Of a stretch of 64,000 nucleotides of DNA, positions 56,642 through 64,000 are shown piece after piece; within the stretch, counting starts at the first letter, position 1; each line of letters starts with the position of its first letter. The position numbers and the translations under genes were made by a program. The notes below the pieces were generated by a model that saw nothing but the letters and a program-made list of their open reading frames with translations, was not told where the DNA came from and searched no databases. The stretch is from a virus: IMG/VR virus record IMGVR_UViG_3300009128_000002; one strand, given 5' to 3'.

Positions 56642-57622
56642 ATGGATATTTTAACACTTGGTAAAATGAACCAAATGGCGAAAGATGTCGACCAAACGTT
56701 AGAATTTCTAGCGAATACGACTTTTGAAACTTTGCGCGATGTTTGTACAAAACAGGGAGAAATTGAAGCAACTCAAACTGGTCAAGTACAATGTCTTGAA
56801 GACACAACTCAAGCAGGTGTTGACGCTTTAGCTGCTGCTGGTGGTGGTTCAAAACCATATAAAGAATTTATGTTATATAACACTAACCATTGGACTGTTA
56901 CCAATGGTGGTTGTTGTTTACATTGGACTGCACCCGAAGGTATCAAATCAATTAAATTTGAAGTTTTAGGTGGTGGTGGTCCTGGCGGATCAGGTGGTTA
57001 TGACCACGACATTGGTGTTGGTGGTTGGGGTGGTAACTATGCCTCAAAAACACTTGAAGAAGGTGTAGATTTTACTGCTGGTGTATCGGCATACACTTTA
57101 TGTGCCGGTGGTACTTCACAATGTGCCTGTTGTGGACATTGTCAACCTTGTCATACTGGTTGTACTTCATACGCTACTGGGCCAGGTTTAAGTAACTTCT
57201 GTGCTACTGGTGGAGAAGGTGGTTGGACTGCTTGGGATAAGCTAAGTTCTTGTTATGATTGTTCTATTGGTGCTCAATGTACAATCGGTCATGTGGTATC
57301 TGGTGGTTGGGGTCAATGCCAATCTTGTACTCCAGGCTTCTTCGGAGCAGACTATGGATTTACAGGTACGCCAGGAATGATTAATAAAGGATACTCATGT
57401 TGTTCTCACTTATCAACAACACGTGGTGGTCCAACTGGTCCATTCTCTGGCTCAGGTTCGCAAGGTCAGGATACTAACCATTGTACAACCACAGGAAGGG
57501 GTTGTTGTAGGGGTCATGCATATTTCCCTGGCGGTGGTGGTGCCCATGGTGGTTTTTCTGGTGGATCAGGTTGTTGGGGTGGATTTGGCGCTGGTGGTTT
57601 ACTTAAAGTATCATACCAATAG
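56642..57622 (+). CDS. Gly/Cys-rich tail fibre/adhesin-like protein, copy 2
   Basis: paralogue of 54883..55860 sharing identical DNA blocks. Confidence 0.75.
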   Translation: MDILTLGKMNQMAKDVDQTLEFLANTTFETLRDVCTKQGEIEATQTGQVQCLEDTTQAGVDALAAAGGGSKPYKEFMLYNTNHWTVTNGGCCLHWTAPEGIKSIKFEVLGGGGPGGSGGYDHDIGVGGWGGNYASKTLEEGVDFTAGVSAYTLCAGGTSQCACCGHCQPCHTGCTSYATGPGLSNFCATGGEGGWTAWDKLSSCYDCSIGAQCTIGHVVSGGWGQCQSCTPGFFGADYGFTGTPGMINKGYSCCSHLSTTRGGPTGPFSGSGSQGQDTNHCTTTGRGCCRGHAYFPGGGGAHGGFSGGSGCWGGFGAGGLLKVSYQ

Positions 57623-57641
57623 AATATTAGGAGTATAGAAA

Positions 57642-58412
57642 ATGTCAGAATTAACAAAAACAATTACATATAAAATTCCAAATGAACGTTATGGTACAGA
57701 CGATTCAGAAGGTAAAACGTCAACACATACATACGTTGGTCCTAGCCATTTGATGTTATTCATGGATAAAGAAACACATATGGTTAAGGAAGTACAAGAT
57801 ATGGACAACTTATGTGAACAACCTACACCACTAGATTTTTACGAATTAGTATTAGATTGTGATGAATCTGTTGAAAATTGTATTAGATGTACTTTAATTG
57901 GTCCTGTAGGTTATGATAAACCAAAAGTTTATGAGGTTGCAGTAGGTCCAGAAAATCAAAAAAATAATGTAATCAAAGACCCAACACACATTTCAGAAGT
58001 TTATGATCAAAATTCAGTTGCCGAAGGTTACAACGGAAGTGAGTGGGCAGACTTGACTTATGAAACTGGTCGTTGTGGTGACGATTTCCCTAACAACGAA
58101 TGGGGTAGGGATAATTGGAATATGGAGTTTATTAGAGGTGTTAGAAATGATGATTTAGAGGCATCAGATGCAGCTACATCTGAAGATATGCCAGATAGTA
58201 TAAAACAAAAGTGGATTGATTATAGACAACAATTACGCGATCTTCCAAACGATTGGGACGGTGTACCTGCAGATTTAATTGTTATTCCACAGGCACCAGA
58301 TGAAGCAGATGCTTCAGTATTTGCAGATCCTGATGTAGATGTAATTAATATTAGTGATAGAACTGGCGATGATGATGTAGTGGTCGCTCAATTACCAAAT
58401 AATGTAAATTAA
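57642..58412 (+). CDS. tail fibre assembly chaperone-like protein, copy 2
   Basis: RN..L..SD....DMP....W..YRQQLRDLP; N-terminus shared with 55875..56612. Confidence 0.8.
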   Translation: MSELTKTITYKIPNERYGTDDSEGKTSTHTYVGPSHLMLFMDKETHMVKEVQDMDNLCEQPTPLDFYELVLDCDESVENCIRCTLIGPVGYDKPKVYEVAVGPENQKNNVIKDPTHISEVYDQNSVAEGYNGSEWADLTYETGRCGDDFPNNEWGRDNWNMEFIRGVRNDDLEASDAATSEDMPDSIKQKWIDYRQQLRDLPNDWDGVPADLIVIPQAPDEADASVFADPDVDVINISDRTGDDDVVVAQLPNNVN

Positions 58413-58439
58413 TTAAAGTATCAAACACTATAAAAAATT

Positions 58440-58463
58440 AAACCCCCTTAATTGGGGGTTTTT
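58440..58463 (+). terminator. rho-independent terminator closing the fibre operon
   Basis: AAACCCCC-TTAATT-GGGGGTTTTT. Confidence 0.85.
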
Positions 58464-58512
58464 GTGTTTATATATATTAATGAAATTTTATATTATGATA
58501 GGTATATGAACA

Positions 58513-60102
58513 ATGAAAAGTATTAAAAAAGTAGTTATAGTAGGTGGTGGTAGTGCCGGATGGATGACTGCATCTAGTTTAGTGAAAAATTTCCCAGATT
58601 TAGAAATTACAGTAATTGAATCAACAGATATCCCCACCATAGGTGTTGGTGAATCCACCATTAATTCAATTAATATATTTTTAAAAGACTTAGGTCTTAA
58701 AGATTCCGACTGGATGAAGAAGTGTAATGCCGTATATAAAACATCAATAGATTTCACTAATTGGGACGGTAAAGGTACAAGAATACGTTATCCATTTGGT
58801 GAATCTAATTTCTTTGATGATTATATAGCTGCAGATTGGTTTACTAAAAAGGCATTGATAGGTGCAGATAAAGATGAATTTACATCATTTGCACTTGGTT
58901 CTGATCAAATGATTAGAAATAATAAATTAACTAGAGATTTTAAAATACGTGGTTGGAATTTTGATAAAGATACAGCATATCATATGGACGCAGGTCTATT
59001 TGGTGATTATTTGAAAAAATATTACTGTATTCCAAAAGGGGTTACACAAACAATAGATACAGTAATTTCAGTAACCCAAAATGAAGATGGCGATGTGGAT
59101 AAATTAATTCTATCTGGTGGTGATACTGTTACTGCAGATTTGTTTATAGATTGCACTGGGTTTAGATCATTACTACTAGATGGGGTATTAAACGAACCTT
59201 ATATTTCATTTACAGATAAACTTCTTAATGATAAGGCAATTGCAATAAGAATACCTTATGTTAATAAAAACGAAGAACTTGAACATTCAACAAATGCAAC
59301 TACATTAAGTTCTGGTTGGGTATGGAATACCCCACTGTGGGATAGGATAGGCACAGGGTACGTGTATAGTTCTAAGTTTTTAACTGAAGAAGAAGCAGAA
59401 AATGAGTTTAGAGAGTATTTGATTAATGATAGGGATATTAAACATAGTAGAGAGGAAATAGAATCAATTAAAGCAATGCACGTTGATATTAATCCAGGCA
59501 TACGTGAACGAAGTTGGGTTAAAAACGTATGTGCTATTGGTCTATCAAACGGTTTCATAGAACCAATAGAAGCAACTGGTTTAATGTTGACACATAATAG
59601 TATATTTGCACTAATACAAACATTACAAAGACGTAATTGTGGTGTAAATGGTTATGATAAAGAAATTTTTAATAGAAATATTAGAGTTGGAATGCAAAAA
59701 TTCACTTCATTTATAGCAGCCCATTATGCTATGTCAGAACGTGATGATACACCATATTGGAAATATGTAACTGAAGATATAAAATATACTGATGATTCTT
59801 CAGACGAGTGGAAAGGTTTAATAGATTATGTACCTGAAAAGATAACTCTATATTCAGATTGGTCTGGGGAAACACCAAGAAAAAATGGTATGTCTTTTAT
59901 CATGGCAGGATTTGGATATAACCCAATAACTAAAATGGGTATAGAAATGTTTTATGGTGAAGATAATATGAATGTTCCATATTCTAGGTCTAAAGAAATT
60001 GAACAACTAATATCTGAAGAAATAGAATTAAACAAAGATTATATCAATTCATTACCTACACATTATGAATTCCTAAAACGTACAATTTATAGTGGTGTAT
60101 AA
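58513..60102 (+). CDS. flavin-dependent (tryptophan-type) halogenase
   Basis: GGGSAG, IGVGEST, catalytic-Lys context YKTSI.F..W, FIDCTGF, W.W.TP, FIEPIEATG. Confidence 0.92.
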   Translation: MKSIKKVVIVGGGSAGWMTASSLVKNFPDLEITVIESTDIPTIGVGESTINSINIFLKDLGLKDSDWMKKCNAVYKTSIDFTNWDGKGTRIRYPFGESNFFDDYIAADWFTKKALIGADKDEFTSFALGSDQMIRNNKLTRDFKIRGWNFDKDTAYHMDAGLFGDYLKKYYCIPKGVTQTIDTVISVTQNEDGDVDKLILSGGDTVTADLFIDCTGFRSLLLDGVLNEPYISFTDKLLNDKAIAIRIPYVNKNEELEHSTNATTLSSGWVWNTPLWDRIGTGYVYSSKFLTEEEAENEFREYLINDRDIKHSREEIESIKAMHVDINPGIRERSWVKNVCAIGLSNGFIEPIEATGLMLTHNSIFALIQTLQRRNCGVNGYDKEIFNRNIRVGMQKFTSFIAAHYAMSERDDTPYWKYVTEDIKYTDDSSDEWKGLIDYVPEKITLYSDWSGETPRKNGMSFIMAGFGYNPITKMGIEMFYGEDNMNVPYSRSKEIEQLISEEIELNKDYINSLPTHYEFLKRTIYSGV

Positions 60103-60118
60103 ATAATTTCACAAAAGG

Positions 60119-60147
60119 TTGACTTTTACATAAAAATAGGGTATAAT
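60119..60147 (+). promoter_or_regulatory. sigma70-type early promoter, preceded by a late TATAAATA at 60098-60105
   Basis: TTGACT-N17-TATAAT. Confidence 0.8.
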
Positions 60148-60187
60148 AACTCTATTATGATTATATTATTAACAAGTGAGGTGAAAA

Positions 60188-61249
60188 ATGAGCAATCGCT
60201 CTAAAGCGTTTTTTATAAACGGTGGTGCAGGACGTGTTCTGTGTTCAATTCCAGCATTGAATAAATATGCAGAAGAATCTGGTGATGATGATTTTATTAT
60301 TGTTTGTGAAGCAGGTATGGACTTCTATAGGGGACATCCAAATCTACACAAACGTGCTTATGAATCATGGCATAAAGGTTTATTTGAAAACCACCTTAAA
60401 GATAAAGATATAGTATCACCTGAACCATATAGGGTTAATGAATATTTCAATCAGAAGTGCAATTTAGCACAAGCGTTTGATATAATAATTAATGAGTTAG
60501 TCGAACCAAGGGTTTTACCAGATCCAATTATAAAACTAAATAAAAATGAATTAATTCAAGGTCACCAAACAATACAAGAGATGAAGTCATCTATTGGGAA
60601 AAATAAGGTAGTAGTAGTTCAACCATTTGGACGTTCTATTTCAAAAATGGGTGATTTTTTAGTAGACCAATCCAGCCGCTCTTTTGAATTACAAAATATT
60701 ATTAACATTATTGAGAAACTAAGAAAAGAGTATTTAGTTATTGTAATGAGCGAATACCCAATAACAGTATCTACAGATGAGAAAAATATGGTAGCATTCC
60801 CACAAATACCTGATATTAGATTATGGGCATCCATTATTAATTCTGCAGACCATTTCTTAGGGTGCGACTCTGTAGGTCAACATATCGCAAAATCTCTAGG
60901 TAAAACTGCAACGGTAGTAACAGGGTCTACATTCCCAGAAAATATTAGTTACCCAAACTTTGATGGGTTTGATATTGTAGATATTGGTAAAGATAAAAGG
61001 GTTTATTCCCCTATTAGAGTTTCTATAGATGATGAACGTGATCGTGGAAATGATGAAGTAATGATGATGGACGAAGAACAAGAGCAACTTGTAGTTGATT
61101 CTGTAGTTTCGTTTCTAGGTAAAGGTGAAAGGTTTGAAGGTTCTTTTACACCAACAGAAGAGTGTGGTGGTAGTTGTGGGTCTATTCCTGCAGGTAGTAA
61201 TACACCAGAATATAAATTTAATACAAAGAACCTTTTAGGAGAATTATAA
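60188..61249 (+). CDS. GT9/heptosyltransferase-like glycosyltransferase
   Basis: GGAG....SIPA; V.VQPFG; I..AD.FLGCDS.GQHIA..LGK...V..GST. Confidence 0.7.
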   Translation: MSNRSKAFFINGGAGRVLCSIPALNKYAEESGDDDFIIVCEAGMDFYRGHPNLHKRAYESWHKGLFENHLKDKDIVSPEPYRVNEYFNQKCNLAQAFDIIINELVEPRVLPDPIIKLNKNELIQGHQTIQEMKSSIGKNKVVVVQPFGRSISKMGDFLVDQSSRSFELQNIINIIEKLRKEYLVIVMSEYPITVSTDEKNMVAFPQIPDIRLWASIINSADHFLGCDSVGQHIAKSLGKTATVVTGSTFPENISYPNFDGFDIVDIGKDKRVYSPIRVSIDDERDRGNDEVMMMDEEQEQLVVDSVVSFLGKGERFEGSFTPTEECGGSCGSIPAGSNTPEYKFNTKNLLGEL

Positions 61250-61250
61250 T

Positions 61251-63032
61251 ATGAGTCAGTGGATTGCAGGTATTGCTAGAGGACATAACGGTGGTGTATG
61301 TCTATTAAAGGATGGAGAGGTTGTTTTTGCTATTGAGGAAGAGCGTTTAAGTAGACAGAAATATGATGGTGGACCATATGCTTCTATGGTTAAGATTTTA
61401 GACTACACAGATAAGTTAGATTATCTTGTAATTTCACATACACAACCAGATGATTCTAGAGTTGATTTTAGTGGTGATAGTGTTTATACTGGTCTAGCAC
61501 GTAAATTACGTTTAATTGATGACCCAGAAAATCAAGTATTAGATTTACACAAATGGCACCATAAGTCACATTCTGCCTGTGCATTTTACCGTTCTGGTTT
61601 TGAAACTGCAGTATCAGTTATTGTAGACGGAGCAGGTACATTCATTCCAATGAATATTAATGGTAATGAAGAAATGACTTGGGAATTAGAAAGTATTATT
61701 AATTGTAAATATCCTGCAGATTTTAAAACGTTATATAAACACCAAGGTGGTAGAGGTCCATGGCAAGGTGCTCATTTACCAGAAGTTTCTAGTGAACGTG
61801 AAGGTGAAGAAGGAACACATGAATTGATTCTTGATGATACTGCAGGTATTGTTAAGTCATATGAAGCAGTTACACAATATTGTGGTTGGTCACCTATTGA
61901 AGCAGGAAAGACAATGGGGTTATTTCCTTACGGTAAACCAAATGATAAATTCCCTAATATCTATACAGATGCAGGTGGTGAGTGGAAAACGGCAGATAGA
62001 AATGTAATTATTCCAACATATCCGAATGGTGCATTAGTTAACTTTGGTAAGTATAAGTATTTAACTTCTAGTGAAGAACAAATATCAGGTGACGTAACAT
62101 TACTACAAAACCGTAGAGATATGGCATATGCAGTACAGACTGAATCTCAACAAATGGTATTAGATTTAATCCGTAAAGCAGTTAAAATGAGTGGAGAGAA
62201 GAACGTTGTTATTTCTGGTGGTTACGGTCTTAACTGTGTAGCAAACTATTGGTACTTAGAACAATTGAAAGATGAGGACATTAACATTTATGTAGAACCT
62301 ATTTCTAATGATGCTGGTACAGCAATGGGAGCCGCCATGTTGGTACACCATTCTATTAATAAAGATAGTAAAGTTAGAGATTTTGCAGAATCGTTATATC
62401 TTGGTCCTGTACAAAAGAATACTACTGAAGAAATTATTGAAATTGCTAAGAAATATGGTGCGACTGGTGTGTTTGATGAACAGTACTCCACTGATGCAGT
62501 TAAGTTAATTCTAAAAGGTAATATTGTTACATTATTCCAAGATAGATGCGAAAATGGTCCTCGTGCTTTAGGTAACCGTTCTATCCTATTCGATCCACGT
62601 ACACTTGATGGTAAAGACTATGTGAATAAAGTTAAACGTAGAGAATACTTTAGACCTTTTGCAGGTTCAATATTACACGAACACGCACATGAGTGGTTTG
62701 ATATGAGAGGTCTTGAAGAGTCACCACATATGATGTATGCTATGAATTGTTCAACTGATGAATATGCAGAACAAATTCCAGCAATCATTCACGTAGATGG
62801 TACTTGTAGAATTCAGACTGTAAAAGAACATCAAAATCCAGTTTACTATGAAATGATTGACCACTTCTACAAAGAAACTGGAGTGCCAATTTTATTCAAT
62901 ACATCTTTCAATCTTGGTGGCGAACCACTTGTTGAAACTATTGATGACGCCATTCGTACACTTGCCAATAGTGATATTGAATATCTCTATATTCCAGATA
63001 ATAATTTAATAATTGAGGTTAAAAATAAATGA
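61251..63032 (+). CDS. carbamoyltransferase (NodU/CmcH family)
   Basis: GHNG, EEERLSR.K, HH.SH, VDG.G, GKTMGL.PYG, GG..LNCVAN, E.GPRALGNRSIL, KRRE.FRPFA, HVDGTCR.QTV, NTSFN. Confidence 0.95.
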   Translation: MSQWIAGIARGHNGGVCLLKDGEVVFAIEEERLSRQKYDGGPYASMVKILDYTDKLDYLVISHTQPDDSRVDFSGDSVYTGLARKLRLIDDPENQVLDLHKWHHKSHSACAFYRSGFETAVSVIVDGAGTFIPMNINGNEEMTWELESIINCKYPADFKTLYKHQGGRGPWQGAHLPEVSSEREGEEGTHELILDDTAGIVKSYEAVTQYCGWSPIEAGKTMGLFPYGKPNDKFPNIYTDAGGEWKTADRNVIIPTYPNGALVNFGKYKYLTSSEEQISGDVTLLQNRRDMAYAVQTESQQMVLDLIRKAVKMSGEKNVVISGGYGLNCVANYWYLEQLKDEDINIYVEPISNDAGTAMGAAMLVHHSINKDSKVRDFAESLYLGPVQKNTTEEIIEIAKKYGATGVFDEQYSTDAVKLILKGNIVTLFQDRCENGPRALGNRSILFDPRTLDGKDYVNKVKRREYFRPFAGSILHEHAHEWFDMRGLEESPHMMYAMNCSTDEYAEQIPAIIHVDGTCRIQTVKEHQNPVYYEMIDHFYKETGVPILFNTSFNLGGEPLVETIDDAIRTLANSDIEYLYIPDNNLIIEVKNK

Positions 63033-63895
63033 AAAATATTATAGTAACAGGTGGAGCAGGGTTTATTGGTAGTAGGGTTATTAAAAAACTCAATGATAGT
63101 GGGGTGACTAACATTATTTTAGTTGATGACCTAACAGACGGAACTAAAATTAATAATATTAAAGATCTTCAGATTAGTGATTATATTGATAAAGAAAATT
63201 TTATTGAAATTTTATCAATATTAGCAGAAAACGACATGGTTTCAGAAATATACCATTTTGGTGCTGAGTCATCAACAACTTGCAATGATGGTAAATACTT
63301 AATGTCTAACAACTATCAATTTACTTGCAATATAATGAATATATGTGCTAAACATAAAATTAATTTATTATATGCATCATCGGCATCTGTTTATGGAAGT
63401 GAAGAAGAATATTTCCATGATGAAAAAGACAACTACCAACCAAACAATATGTACGGTTTTTCAAAACTACAGGCAGATAAATATGCAAGACCTTTAATGA
63501 AGAAATGTAAAATGATTGGTCTTAGGTATTTTAATGTTTATTCTGATGGTGAATTCGAAACACATAAAGTTGGTATGAAATCACCAACTGCTTGGATGAA
63601 AGAACAATATGTGTCTACTGGTAAAATTAAATTATTCAAGGGTTCTGATGATTATAAACGTGATTTTATTCATATAGACGAAGCAGTTGATAAAACAATA
63701 CATTTAATGGAAATATGTAAAAGTGGTGTATATAATATTGGTACTGGCGAAGCAAGATCTTTCCTTCAATTAGCAAAAGATGAAATTGGCGTCAGTGATA
63801 GTGATATTGAATATATTAATATGCCAGATGAACTGCAACAACACTATCAAAAATACACCAAGGCAAATATGTCGTCATATGAACAAATCATATGA
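63029..63895 (+). CDS. rfaD: ADP-L-glycero-D-manno-heptose-6-epimerase
   Basis: IIVTGGAGFIGS, VDDL.DG.K, H.GA.SSTT, YASSA.VYG, YG.SK, GLRYFNVY, YQ.YT.A. Confidence 0.9.
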   Translation: MKNIIVTGGAGFIGSRVIKKLNDSGVTNIILVDDLTDGTKINNIKDLQISDYIDKENFIEILSILAENDMVSEIYHFGAESSTTCNDGKYLMSNNYQFTCNIMNICAKHKINLLYASSASVYGSEEEYFHDEKDNYQPNNMYGFSKLQADKYARPLMKKCKMIGLRYFNVYSDGEFETHKVGMKSPTAWMKEQYVSTGKIKLFKGSDDYKRDFIHIDEAVDKTIHLMEICKSGVYNIGTGEARSFLQLAKDEIGVSDSDIEYINMPDELQQHYQKYTKANMSSYEQII

Positions 63896-64000
63896 CCTGA
63901 CTATCGCCAGGTCTAATACGATAGTTATCGGATGATTCGTCTTTACTAGATGATTCCATAACTATCGTATTATCTTCTAAACAAGTTACTTGATGTGGTT
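63888..64000 (-). CDS. 3' end of a cupin-fold (sugar isomerase-like) protein, truncated by the window edge
   Basis: minus strand reads ...PHQVTCLEDNTIVMESSSKDESSDNYRIRPGDSQVI*. Confidence 0.6.
   Translation of the reverse strand, partial: PHQVTCLEDNTIVMESSSKDESSDNYRIRPGDSQVI

Larger units (their letters stand above)
54882..58412 (+). repeat. tandem duplication of a two-gene cassette
   Basis: 80-bp identity 55010-55089 vs 56769-56848; about 64-bp identity 55886-55949 vs 57662-57725; further shared blocks. Confidence 0.9.

Noticed and set aside
54883-58412. Diversity-generating retroelement or invertible shufflon
   Set aside because: Repeats are direct, differences are not adenine-specific, and no reverse transcriptase or recombinase is present in the window.
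1-64000. Alternative genetic code, introns or inteins in the giant genes
   Set aside because: Core genes read full length in the standard code; the large insertions are in-frame domains in which I saw no intein splice motifs or homing endonuclease signatures.

Overview
AT-rich 64-kb segment of a T4-like myophage genome, most likely a marine phage of the cyanophage/pelagiphage-like lineage. No tRNA, rRNA, CRISPR array, integrase or transposase was seen. Layout: (1) 1-5.0 kb: early accessory and host-stress genes (metallophosphoesterase, thioredoxin, stand-alone HD alarmone-hydrolase-like protein, a structured 330-nt intergenic region, an unannotated ArfA-like ORF, Hsp20 with a ROSE-like leader). 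(2) 5.0-9.1 kb: a minus-strand late operon of membrane/secreted proteins (holin-like, DUF1353-like). (3) 9.2-13.9 kb: DsbA, a gp23/gp24-like capsid paralogue, gp33, gp59 and gp32 with a leader pseudoknot. (4) 14-37 kb: the T4 tail/baseplate core (gp29-like tape measure, gp51/gp26, gp54/19-like, gp2, gp4, gp48, gp53, hub, gp5, PAAR, gp25, gp6, giant gp7, gp8). (5) 37-58.4 kb: very large virion/fibre proteins and two duplicated fibre+chaperone cassettes. (6) 58.5-64 kb: flavin halogenase, GT9-like protein, carbamoyltransferase, ADP-heptose epimerase and a partial cupin. The most unusual signal is that the structural proteins carry a recurring metallo/redox toolkit: a glucose/sorbosone-dehydrogenase-family (PQQ-type) propeller inserted in baseplate gp7, cupredoxin domains in two giant fibre-like proteins, about 10 copies of a His-pair module (often three HxH per copy) and nested Cys-pair repeats. 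Other strong candidates are a -1 slippery site fusing gp26 to gp51, and an ArfA-like gene with an arfA-style internal hairpin. All family calls come from motif recognition by eye; no database searches were run.
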